Source: Candidatus Velthaea sp. (lineage in GTDB: Bacteria > Vulcanimicrobiota > Vulcanimicrobiia > Vulcanimicrobiales > Vulcanimicrobiaceae). Taken from it: a stretch of 64,000 bases of DNA. Under the pieces are notes generated by a model. That model was not told the origin of the DNA. It did not search any database and saw only the letters and a program-made list of their open reading frames with translations. A program made the translations under genes and the position numbers. Where the stretch lies: positions 32,001 to 96,000 of the forward strand of contig CBDCCS010000001.1 in the NCBI GenBank assembly GCA_965214935.1. The letters are read 5' to 3'. This document shows, piece by piece, positions 39,122 to 48,210 of the stretch. Every line of letters begins with the position of its first letter. Position 1 is the first letter of the stretch.

Positions 39122-42100
39122 TTAGATCTTGATACGAGCCTCAACGAACACTCCGAACGGGAGCGCACTGTAGACCGGGTTGTAGGGGGTCGCCAAGAAC
39201 GGCTGCAACGGACCGTCACCGGGATTGTAGACATTGCCGATCGGCGTGATACCGCCGCCGGCGCCGCTGGTGAGCCCATAAGATTGAGCTCCGGCAACTT
39301 GGAATCCGGCTGGACTTGAGCCACCAAAGTACCGCGTGTAGATATTTGCAAACGTACCAACAACCGTAACCCGCTTGGTGATGTCATAGCTTAGCTGAAG
39401 ATTCGCCTGCAGGAACGACGGCTGCACGAAAGCACCGAGCGCATCAAAGCGGTTCGTGTAGAGATCAGGGATCGGAATGGTAGCCTGAGCCGTCGAGGAG
39501 TCGTAGGGTGAACCGTTTGGACCAGGTGAACCAAACGCCGCATAACGTGGATCGCCGACCGTCGATCCGGGCAATACACCGGTAATTTGATCCGGGGCGA
39601 TTCCCGGCGTGTTCTCCGGCGTTCCATAGCGCTGACCTGCGTTGAATTGCAACGCCGGCGTAATGGTCAACGGACCGTGTTTGTATTGCACGAGCAACGT
39701 TGCGACATATGGCGCGCCGTACGTCGTTGCGACCGAACCGATACCGCCCGGGAAGGTATCGAATGTCGGAAAGTTGCCGTTCGGATCGAGCAGCCCTTGT
39801 ACGGGCGCATTGTAGTACGGGTTGGCCACATAGCCCGGCCCGCCGGTTGCCGAACCGACGCCGGGGGCTCCGGTCGTCGCATTGGCAAGCGAATAATATG
39901 GGAAACCGCCGCCGCCCTTCGTATACGAGTTGAAGGTGCTGATTGCAGCGTTGATCGGATCGACCACCGACGTGCCGGTCGGCGTCCGAGTGTAGCGAAT
40001 GTAGCTGTTCGTATACGTTGCCGACAGCTTCGCGGCAAAACCATTGCGCGCAAAGTCGCCCTTATCAAGCTCGAATTCAAAACCTTCGGACGTTTGCTGT
40101 CCGACGTTCAAGCCGGAGATGAAGCCGGTGCGTTGGTCGAGATAGAAATTCTGAATTTGATCTTGGGTCTTCCGTAAGAACGGCGTCGCTTTGATCGCGA
40201 AATTTCCGCCGAACTGCTTTTCGACCGAGAAGTCGTAGTTGTTCGAGGTCGGCGGCCGGACGTTATGTCCGGGCGTCGTCGGCAACCCGTTGGCTCCGAA
40301 GTTGATGAGGTTGCCGAGATTATTCGGCTGCAGATAGTTGTATTGTTCGTATGCTGCGTTCGGCGCTTGAGCGTACCGCCCGTAGCTGCCACGTACGACC
40401 GTCGTCGGATCGAGCGTGTATGTAAAACCAAGGCGCGGCTGAAACACCGGATAGGTATTCGTGTTTCCCGTTCCGGCCGGATCGAATGCCAATGGGACAA
40501 CGCCATTCGCAGCGGCTTGGCTGTTGTAGGCATTATGGAACAGCGCACGGGCACCCGAGTTCGCCGTGTTCGATCCAACGAACTGAAACAAGTCGTAGCG
40601 CAGCCCGACGTTGATGTCGAGCTTGGTCGTCGGACGGAAATCATCCGTTATCGACGCGCTGTAAAAATGCGGCTTGACCTGATTGTAGCTCGCGGCTGGT
40701 CCGCCGGCTACGATCGTATACTGGCATGGCCCGCCGCCGCACGTGACACCAGCAGCCGGAACAGCAGCCGTGCCACTAAGGATTTGGCCGACGGTAAGCT
40801 TTTGAAATGGAGTGCCCGTGGCGCTATAGTTGCAACCAGGCACCGCAACACCGGCGATCGTATAGCAAATTCCGCTGTACGGGTCGGCGCCGTCGACGAG
40901 ATAACCGACAGCCGATTTCGACGTCGTACCGGCAGCGCCGAAGCCGATACCCGAATTATTATAGCGGGTCGAATTCGCGCCGGTGAGCGAGCCTTGAACC
41001 GATAACAGGTTCTTGTCGTTGATCTGATCGGCGAACTGTAAGCTTACGCCGCGCGTGTGGCTGTTGAGTTCGTAATCTGAAGAAGAATAGCCGACATAGT
41101 TCTGTAGGGTAGAACTCGGTCCGTTTTCAAGCCAATCGGAATAATACGTATAGCCATAAAGCCGGACGTAAGCGTTCGATCCGAAGTTGTGCTGATACTG
41201 GACTTTAAAGACGTTCTGATCGTTGACGAACTGATCTTCGAGGTTCGGCGGAATCGCGGCACCAAAAGGGCGCTGCTGTGACGAGAACGGGTACAGATAC
41301 GGCGAAATAACGCCGCCACCGGTGTAACCGACCGGCAACAACGTTCCGTATGGAACCTGCGCCTGATAACCATCGAGGTAGGTCGGCGTTCCGAGACCGA
41401 TGGCGTTGAGGAACGCATAACCGCCCTGATCGTTCGGCGACGTGTAGCCGTCGTTCGTGAGGTGATTGATATCCAGCAACAACTGGACGTCGTCCTTATT
41501 ACCATCTTTGCGCGGAATACCAAAATGCAAATTTACGATGCTGTCGCGTTGTTCGGTTCGCGACTGCAGATCGATATTGTACGGCCCTAAAACGTAAGCA
41601 CCGGCCGGGTTGTACGGGGTGCCGTTGGCCGTAAAACACGACGGGGCAACAGCCTGGGTCAGCCCGGCGCATGTCGCGAGCGGCGTCCCGAAGGTGTTTT
41701 GCAGACTTGCACCGTTGAACTGATCGCCGTACCGGTATTGCTGGTCGTAGCCACCCAAACCGACGTAGTAAGAGAAGGTACGAGCGGGGTTGGCACCGCC
41801 GACTTCAAACGCCGTCTTGTGATAAAACGCCGGACCACCGTCGGCAACGCTGAGCTGTTGAAAGGCCGGCGAGCTTCCGGTTTTGATAACCTGATTGACA
41901 AAGCCCGACAAACCGGATGCCTCGGCATTTGCCGGAGCGGCGCCGGTGTAGACTTGAACTTCCTGCTGTCCGAGTGACGAAAGCGACGTCGACGGGTAGT
42001 TGTCGAACGAACGATTGACGGGGATCCCGTCGAGTTCGTAGCCGATTTGATCGTAATCGCCGCCGCGGATGCTCAACGACGGACTGGCTCCGATATACCC

Positions 42101-42643
42101 GGTCTGATTCGGAGCGACAAAAACGCCGGGAACGGTCGAGAGCGCCGACCACGCCGAATTCAGCGTGCCGCCTCCGCCGACCTGAGACGCTTTATCTTGT
42201 TGCGCTGCCGAAATCGAATAAACGTCGGCTGTCGTGCCGGGACTTACAAGCGCCGATGCGGATCGCGACCGAACCGTACCGATCTGCTTGATTTTTGCCG
42301 CCGGCTGCAGATTCGTGAGAATCGCCTGGTCGGCTTGTACTAAAATACCGTTGACGCTCGAGGCGTCATAGGTTGCGCCCGCAGCAACCGAGACGGTGTA
42401 CGTATCGGGCGCGAGCGATAAGAACCGGTATCTGCCGCTAGCATCGGTGACCGATGTGGCGCTCTGCGAGGGGCTTGCGGCGGTGACGCTAGCGCCGCTG
42501 ATCGGCTTACCGGTTGAGGAATCGACGACGACACCGGAGATACTACCAGTCGTGCCGGCCAGAACGCTTGACGTTGCCTGGAGCACGAGGGCGATTCCAA
42601 GAAGTATCGCGACGATGCCTTTCCTCATAGAACGAGGAAGCAT
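39122..42643 (-). CDS. TonB-dependent receptor-like outer-membrane protein, paralog of 7879..11445
   Basis: AGTTGSISG, FLSLAPDTY, PGTTADVYS, IRGGDYDQ..ELDGIP, SSLGQQE.Q.YTG, FQPRLGFTY; start could be 42628, 42643 or 42646. Confidence 0.85.
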   Translation of the reverse strand: MLPRSMRKGIVAILLGIALVLQATSSVLAGTTGSISGVVVDSSTGKPISGASVTAASPSQSATSVTDASGRYRFLSLAPDTYTVSVAAGATYDASSVNGILVQADQAILTNLQPAAKIKQIGTVRSRSASALVSPGTTADVYSISAAQQDKASQVGGGGTLNSAWSALSTVPGVFVAPNQTGYIGASPSLSIRGGDYDQIGYELDGIPVNRSFDNYPSTSLSSLGQQEVQVYTGAAPANAEASGLSGFVNQVIKTGSSPAFQQLSVADGGPAFYHKTAFEVGGANPARTFSYYVGLGGYDQQYRYGDQFNGASLQNTFGTPLATCAGLTQAVAPSCFTANGTPYNPAGAYVLGPYNIDLQSRTEQRDSIVNLHFGIPRKDGNKDDVQLLLDINHLTNDGYTSPNDQGGYAFLNAIGLGTPTYLDGYQAQVPYGTLLPVGYTGGGVISPYLYPFSSQQRPFGAAIPPNLEDQFVNDQNVFKVQYQHNFGSNAYVRLYGYTYYSDWLENGPSSTLQNYVGYSSSDYELNSHTRGVSLQFADQINDKNLLSVQGSLTGANSTRYNNSGIGFGAAGTTSKSAVGYLVDGADPYSGICYTIAGVAVPGCNYSATGTPFQKLTVGQILSGTAAVPAAGVTCGGGPCQYTIVAGGPAASYNQVKPHFYSASITDDFRPTTKLDINVGLRYDLFQFVGSNTANSGARALFHNAYNSQAAANGVVPLAFDPAGTGNTNTYPVFQPRLGFTYTLDPTTVVRGSYGRYAQAPNAAYEQYNYLQPNNLGNLINFGANGLPTTPGHNVRPPTSNNYDFSVEKQFGGNFAIKATPFLRKTQDQIQNFYLDQRTGFISGLNVGQQTSEGFEFELDKGDFARNGFAAKLSATYTNSYIRYTRTPTGTSVVDPINAAISTFNSYTKGGGGFPYYSLANATTGAPGVGSATGGPGYVANPYYNAPVQGLLDPNGNFPTFDTFPGGIGSVATTYGAPYVATLLVQYKHGPLTITPALQFNAGQRYGTPENTPGIAPDQITGVLPGSTVGDPRYAAFGSPGPNGSPYDSSTAQATIPIPDLYTNRFDALGAFVQPSFLQANLQLSYDITKRVTVVGTFANIYTRYFGGSSPAGFQVAGAQSYGLTSGAGGGITPIGNVYNPGDGPLQPFLATPYNPVYSALPFGVFVEARIKI

Positions 42644-42833
42644 CAAGTTTAGGACCTTTCCAAACAAAAGAGAGCAAAACGCAAGGCAACTTAGCCTCGT
42701 GTTAAGGTCACAGCGGTTTCTCAGGCGTCCGGGTTCGTTCCTCGTCGTCTCGCAACCAGCGAGTACGACATTCGGCCAAAGGGCAAACCTGCAAATACAG
42801 GCAGGGCTCTGGCGCTCACGGCGTCACAACCGA

Positions 42834-43034
42834 CTAGCGCAAGTCAGCCGAACAGCCGCGCGACCGGAAGACGAACGTCTGGAAATGCGATGAGCGCAAT
42901 CGTCTCTGCAATCGCGGGCCTTCCGGTGCCATCTCGATCACTTGTCCGTGCAGCAGCTCGTATCGGCCGCCCTCGGCTAGGATACCGACATCCAGCATCT
43001 TGTAGAAATGGTTGAGCGAAAACGCTAGGCTCAA
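42834..43034 (-). pseudogene. Uma2-family endonuclease N-terminal remnant
   Basis: FSLNHFYKMLDVGILAEGGRYELLHGQVIEMAPEGP is the typical Uma2 N-terminus; resemblance is then lost and the frame stops. Confidence 0.7.
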
Positions 43035-43108
43035 TCAATATGAGGAGACATGCGTTTAGCGAGAACCTGATTCCATGATATGAACCATCGTTCGTCAATC
43101 GGATCGCA

Positions 43109-43990
43109 TCATGCCGGGACGGCTTTCATTCGTTCGGCGAGTAGCCGCGGGATGTCGGACGGCCGGTCGGCGACGGGAACGTTGGCTGCAGCGAAGGCAG
43201 CGACTTTACTTTCCGGGGTGCCCGTGTTACCGGAGATGATCGCGCCGGCATGACCGAGTCGTTTGCCCTTCGGGGCCGATCTGCCGCCGATGAATGCAAC
43301 AACCGGTTTGTCGGCCACGTACTCATTGATAAACGCTGCGGCGTCTTCCTCATCCGAACCGCCGATCTCGCCGGCGACGACAAGTGCGTGCGTCTCGGAA
43401 TCGCGTGCGAATTCACGCAAGCAGTCGACGAACGTCGTCCCGATAATCGGATCGCCGCCGATTCCCACGCACGTCGACTGCCCGAAGCCTGCGCGCGTGA
43501 GTCCATCGACGATCTCGTACGTCAACGTACCCGAGCGCGATATCATGCCGACGTTGCCCGGGCTGAAAATGTGTCCGGGCATGATACCGACCAGCGATCT
43601 GCCCGGCGAGATCAGGCCCGGGCAGTTACCGCCGATGATGCGCATTCCGGCGGTCGTCGCAACAACGCGCAGCATGTCATGCGCCGGAATACCCTCCGTG
43701 ATGCAGACCGCGAGGCGGATTCCCGCCGCGTGCGCTTCCCATAAAGCGTCGGCACCCGCAAACGGCGGTACGAAGATGATTGAATGCGTCGCACCGGTCG
43801 CATCGACGGCATCTTGCACGGTGTTGAAAACGGGTTGCCCGCTTTCAATGCTGCTTCCGCCCTTGCCCGGCGTTACACCGCCGACGATGTTCGTACCGTA
43901 CGCGAGCATGCGGCTGGTGTGGAACGCGCCTTCGCGTCCGGTAATGCCTTGAACGATAACTTTCGAGTTTTTATCGAGAAAAATTGCCAC
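43109..43990 (-). CDS. sucD: Succinyl-CoA synthetase alpha subunit
   Basis: [37 protein letters not shown]. Confidence 0.98.
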   Translation of the reverse strand: MAIFLDKNSKVIVQGITGREGAFHTSRMLAYGTNIVGGVTPGKGGSSIESGQPVFNTVQDAVDATGATHSIIFVPPFAGADALWEAHAAGIRLAVCITEGIPAHDMLRVVATTAGMRIIGGNCPGLISPGRSLVGIMPGHIFSPGNVGMISRSGTLTYEIVDGLTRAGFGQSTCVGIGGDPIIGTTFVDCLREFARDSETHALVVAGEIGGSDEEDAAAFINEYVADKPVVAFIGGRSAPKGKRLGHAGAIISGNTGTPESKVAAFAAANVPVADRPSDIPRLLAERMKAVPA

Positions 43991-43992
43991 GG

Positions 43993-45162
43993 TCAGTTCT
44001 TCTCATTTGAAAGCGCGACGGCGCGCGCCGCGCCTTCATCCATGGTTTCGACGGGAACGTAACCCGCAGCGGCTAAAATTTCAAGACCTTCTTTTGCATT
44101 GGTTCCCGTCAAACGGACGACGAGCGGAACTTTGCGCAGTTCGTCGCCGGCAAGCGCTTCGACAATTCCGCGCGCGACTTGGTCGCCACGCGTGATACCG
44201 CCGAATATATTGATGAACAGGGCCTTGACTTTCGGATCGCTCACGACAAGGGCGTAGCTCTTGCGCACGAGTTCGGCCTGTGCTCCGCCGCCGATATCGA
44301 GGAAATTTGCGGCTGAACCGCCGGCGCTGCGAATTGCGTCCATCGTGCCCATGCCCAAGCCCGCGCCGTTGGCAATGACGCCGATCGACCCGTCGAGCTT
44401 CGCGTAGTTCGACATCCCTAAACCGATCGCGACCGCTGCCGCTTGATCTTCGTCGGCCGGCGATTGTTTGTTCCAGCCCGCAATGTCAGGGTGTTTGTAG
44501 AGACCATTGTCGTCTAAATCGACCTTTGCATCCGACGCGATCACCTGACCGTCACGCGTGAGCACCAGCGGGTTGATCTCGACCAAACTTGCGCCGAATT
44601 CCATGAATAACGTATACAGCGCGCCGACGATCTTCGGAAAAGCCTTGTGGTACCCGGCGGGCAGTTTTGCCGAAAATGCAAGCTGTCGCGCCATGAACGG
44701 TGAGAAGCCTGCGGCTGCATCGATCCAATAATAGGCAATGGCATCAGGTTGCTCGGCGGCAACTTCTTCGACATCCATTCCGCCCTGCGCCGTCACCATG
44801 ATCACCGGCTGTTTTTTAGCCCGGTCGATCGTAACGGAGACATACGCCTCGCTTTCAATCGCGACTTTCTCCTCGACAAGCAGCGATTTCACTTCTTCGC
44901 CGTCCGGGTTCTGCACGTTCCGCAAGACTTTGCCGATTAATTCGCGCGCAAATGTTTCGCCTTGCACGATGTCGTCCGCGAACTTGATGCCGCCGGCCTT
45001 ACCGCGGCCACCCATCATGACTTGGCTTTTGAGCACCCACGAACCGGGGTTTGCAGCGATAAAATCACGGACGTCCTCCGCCGAGCGGGCGAACGAACCG
45101 CGCGGCGTCGGAATACCGACGCGTCGAAAAAGGTCCTTACCCTGATATTCCATCAGCTTCAT
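43993..45162 (-). CDS. sucC: Succinyl-CoA synthetase beta subunit
   Basis: [42 protein letters not shown]. Confidence 0.98.
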   Translation of the reverse strand: MKLMEYQGKDLFRRVGIPTPRGSFARSAEDVRDFIAANPGSWVLKSQVMMGGRGKAGGIKFADDIVQGETFARELIGKVLRNVQNPDGEEVKSLLVEEKVAIESEAYVSVTIDRAKKQPVIMVTAQGGMDVEEVAAEQPDAIAYYWIDAAAGFSPFMARQLAFSAKLPAGYHKAFPKIVGALYTLFMEFGASLVEINPLVLTRDGQVIASDAKVDLDDNGLYKHPDIAGWNKQSPADEDQAAAVAIGLGMSNYAKLDGSIGVIANGAGLGMGTMDAIRSAGGSAANFLDIGGGAQAELVRKSYALVVSDPKVKALFINIFGGITRGDQVARGIVEALAGDELRKVPLVVRLTGTNAKEGLEILAAAGYVPVETMDEGAARAVALSNEKN

Positions 45163-45205
45163 GACGTATCGCTTTCCGAATCGCCGGAGGCTCGGCCCGG
45201 CGTGC

Positions 45206-45448
45206 CTGCTACCGTCGAAAACTCAACGGCGCACAGCGACCTTCGATCAGGACCCGCCCGACCCTCGACCCGTTCCGCACGTTCGGTTCTTCACAAGCAT
45301 CTGACCGGGCAGACGTCAACGCGCTTTCATCGATAATCAAGACGCGCGCAACTCGCGTCGTTTCCTGTCGACAGAACCAGGTCGGGCGGGTTCGCCTGTC
45401 CCCCGGCGCGTCTGCGCCTTGGCCGGTTGACGGCCGCTTATATAGCAG
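45206..45448 (-). ncRNA. Candidate structured RNA (long rod hairpin) in the sucC leader
   Basis: Nested complementary blocks CTGCTA/TAGCAG, CCGTC/GACGG, GGCGCA/TGCGCC, ACCCGCCCGACC/GGTCGGGCGGGT, GGTTCT/AGAACC. Confidence 0.45.
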
Positions 45449-45457
45449 TGACGGATA

Positions 45458-45486
45458 GGTATAACTATTGTTAAAATGCTTGTAAA
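45458..45486 (-). promoter_or_regulatory. Sigma70-type promoter upstream of the structured leader and sucC
   Basis: Minus strand TTTACA-N17-TATACC in a local AT-rich patch. Confidence 0.55.
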
Positions 45487-45609
45487 GCTGCGCGATAACG
45501 GCTTCGACGTTGCTTTAAAGAGAGCCAGCTGCGGCAATCAAGTGAACGCACTGCATATGGCAGCACGCGCCGTCGCGAACGAGCCGGCTTTCGCATAACG
45601 GCCTTGGTC

Positions 45610-46779
45610 TTACTCGCGGTCCAGCCGTCCAAGCAGACTGCGTGCGATAATGATCTGCTGAATCTCCGACGTGCCTTCGTAAATTTCGGTGATCTTTGCA
45701 TCGCGGTAGTACCGCTCGACCGGAAACTCCGTCGTGTAGCCGTAACCGCCATGTATTTGCACGGCCTCCGCAGCGTGCGTGCGCGCAGCGGTCGATGCAA
45801 AGAGCTTCGCTTTGCTGGCCGCGACGGCGAAGGGTTTAGCGGCATCGGCCAGCGCGGCGGCACGATACGTTAGCAGCCGTGCAGCATCGAGATCCGTCGA
45901 CATGCGCGCGATCTTGAACGAGATGCCTTCGAATGCTCCGATGCGCTGCCCGAACGCAAAGCGCTCCTTGGCGAACTTAATCGACGCATCCAAGCACGCC
46001 GCTAGAATGCCGACGGCCTGCGCAGCGATGCCGATGCGTCCGGCCGTCAGCGTTGTGAGTGCGGAGGTTAAGCCCTCACCTTCCCGGCCAAGCCGCATGT
46101 CGGCATCGACGCGGACACCGCTAAAAGCGAGATCGACGGTATTGCTCGTGTGGATGCCGAGTTTTTCACTTACCTTCTCGACGTGAACTCCAGCCGATAA
46201 CGGATCGATCAAAAACGCCGAGATGCCTTTGGCGCCCTTACCACCCGTGCGAAACATCCCCATCATCAGACCGGCGTAGCTGCCGTTCGTGCACCACTGC
46301 TTACGCCCGTTGATCACGTACGTATCATCGCGGCGTAGCGCGCTGCCGCGAATCGCGGCGGCGTCCGAGCCGGCGTCGGGTTCGGTAAGTGCAAAACCGG
46401 CAATGCAATCGGCACTGCCGATCTTTCCTAGCCAAACGTCCTTTTGACGCTCCGTTCCGAGCTGCGCAAGCGCCGAACAGATCATCGAGTGAACGGACAC
46501 GGTCACTGCCGTGCCGGCATCGACTTTGGCGAGCTCCTCGATGGCCAGCGCATAACTGACGTAGTCGGCCGCAACACCACCGAATGCTTCGGGGACGAGC
46601 ATGCCCATTAGGCCGAGCCCGTTGAGCTTCGTATACAACTCGCGCGGAAACGTGTGCTCCTTGTCCCAGCGCACGATGTTCGGCGCGATTTCACGCACGG
46701 CGAAATCATGTGCGAGTTCACCGATCGCTTGCTGCTCGGCGGTCAACTCGAACGAGCCGGCGCGATCGGGCGCGATCAC
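45610..46779 (-). CDS. Short-chain acyl-CoA dehydrogenase
   Basis: FALTEPDAGSDA, NGRKQW, KLGI, GRIGIAAQ, QIHGGYGY, EIYEGTSEIQ. Confidence 0.95.
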   Translation of the reverse strand: MIAPDRAGSFELTAEQQAIGELAHDFAVREIAPNIVRWDKEHTFPRELYTKLNGLGLMGMLVPEAFGGVAADYVSYALAIEELAKVDAGTAVTVSVHSMICSALAQLGTERQKDVWLGKIGSADCIAGFALTEPDAGSDAAAIRGSALRRDDTYVINGRKQWCTNGSYAGLMMGMFRTGGKGAKGISAFLIDPLSAGVHVEKVSEKLGIHTSNTVDLAFSGVRVDADMRLGREGEGLTSALTTLTAGRIGIAAQAVGILAACLDASIKFAKERFAFGQRIGAFEGISFKIARMSTDLDAARLLTYRAAALADAAKPFAVAASKAKLFASTAARTHAAEAVQIHGGYGYTTEFPVERYYRDAKITEIYEGTSEIQQIIIARSLLGRLDRE

Positions 46780-47645
46780 TGCCCGGCTGCGACCGTCAGC
46801 GGGCGGTAATCAAAGAAGCCGCGCCCACTTTTCTTTCCAAGCCAGCCCGCAGCAACATATTGCCGCAGCAGCGGGCACGCGCGATATTTCGGATCCCCGA
46901 GTCCTTCAGTGAGAACGTCCAGGATCGCCAAGCACGTATCGAGCCCGATGAAGTCAGCCAAGGTCAACGGCCCCATTGGATGGTTCATGCCCAGTTTCAT
47001 GACGGTATCGATTGCGTCGGCCGAAGCTACGCCTTCGTACAGCGCGAAAATCGCTTCGTTGATCATCGGCATGAGGATACGATTGGCGACAAAGCCGGGG
47101 AAGTCACGCGACTCAGCCGGCACCTTGTCGAGTTGGACGGCGAAATCGCGGATCGTTGCAAACGTTTCTTGCGAAGTCGCTAAACCGCGAATCACCTCCA
47201 CGAGCTTCATCACCGGTACCGGATTCATGAAGTGCATGCCGACAACACGATCCGGACGGCCGGTAACGCCGCCGATCTTCGTGATCGAGATCGACGATGT
47301 GTTACTGGCAAGAATCGCACCGTCCGGTAAGCGACGATCGAGGGCCCGAAACAACTCGAGCTTCACATCCAATCGCTCCGTCGCAGCCTCGATTGCGATA
47401 TCGACACCCGCAAAGTTACTCTGCAGCGAATCAACGGCAGTGATCCGCCCGAGCAGCGCATCCTTATCTTGAACGCTGCGCCGCCCTTTCTCGACATCCC
47501 GATCGAGCAGCTTCGCAATCCCCGCCAAGCCACGCTCGATGCGCGCGCCGTCGACATCGTTGAGCAACACAGCATGGCCATGACCCGCACAAACCTGCGC
47601 GATCCCCGCACCCATCTGCCCAGCTCCGACGACCAGAATCTTCAT
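46776..47645 (-). CDS. hbd: 3-hydroxybutyryl-CoA dehydrogenase
   Basis: GAGQMGAGIA, ASNTSSI, GMHFMNP, GFVANR, HPMGPL.LAD.IGLD, GKKSGRGF. Confidence 0.93.
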   Translation of the reverse strand: MKILVVGAGQMGAGIAQVCAGHGHAVLLNDVDGARIERGLAGIAKLLDRDVEKGRRSVQDKDALLGRITAVDSLQSNFAGVDIAIEAATERLDVKLELFRALDRRLPDGAILASNTSSISITKIGGVTGRPDRVVGMHFMNPVPVMKLVEVIRGLATSQETFATIRDFAVQLDKVPAESRDFPGFVANRILMPMINEAIFALYEGVASADAIDTVMKLGMNHPMGPLTLADFIGLDTCLAILDVLTEGLGDPKYRACPLLRQYVAAGWLGKKSGRGFFDYRPLTVAAGQ

Positions 47646-47662
47646 GCAACTGCTACCGGAAA

Positions 47663-47866
47663 ACGCACGCACCAAATCCTAACGAAAAACCCACGCATCA
47701 AATCTATCGAACAACGCATGCTCCAAATCCGACCGCAAGACGCATGTACCAAAGTGCTAAGGTGCAAAGCGAATGACGCATGCACCGCCACTACCAGCGC
47801 TCGATTCCAAACGACGCATGCAATACCACTTACCAGCGCTCGAGCCGAACGACGCATGTACCGCCC
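47663..47866. repeat. Degenerate tandem repeats with ACGCATG core
   Basis: ACGCATG at 47714, 47740, 47776, 47814, 47852 (variants at 47663, 47693); TACCAGCGCTCGA at 47792 and 47831. Confidence 0.7.
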
Positions 47867-48036
47867 CTATGAAGAGCGAGACATCGAAAGCAAGTCCATC
47901 ACTTTCGCGCAACATCCGCAGCCCAGGCCAACAAGTGTAACGAGCAACGCTCAGCATTCCAGCTACTGCAAACCTCCCAGCTACGCTCGTCGCAATCCCA
48001 CAAAAACCGCCGCTGCGTCACAAAGCAAGAAAAGAA

Positions 48037-48182
48037 GGTGCGGGCGGAGGCTTGACCGGCGCCGGGGGCTCGAACAAGTTCGCGAAGCCAGGATGGCGAG
48101 AGCGAACTTTTCGGCAGCAGCGATTTCACACGACGTGAAATCGCGGGCGTCCCCGGTGCCGGTCAAGCCTCACGACCGCACC
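48037..48182. repeat. Palindromic three-way-junction element (REP/MITE-like or ncRNA)
   Basis: Outer stem GAGGCTTGACCGGCGCCGGGG / CCCCGGTGCCGGTCAAGCCTC; inner stems AAGTTCGC/GCGAACTT and GCGATTTCAC/GTGAAATCGC. Confidence 0.75.
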
Positions 48183-48210
48183 GCCCCCCCTGAACCTCCC
48201 GCCCAAAAGG

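Noticed and set aside
42775..42810. c-di-GMP-I riboswitch (GGGCAAACC) upstream of the second receptor
   Set aside because: On the wrong strand for the gene and lacks the GAAA tetraloop and GACGCAAAG second stem
45468..45486. Rex operator at the sucC promoter
   Set aside because: TTGTTAA-AATG-CTTGTAA matches TTGTGAA-N4-TTCACAA in one half only
47663..47866. CRISPR array
   Set aside because: Cores are only 7-13 bp, the period is 21-38 bp, intervening sequences resemble each other, and there are no cas genes
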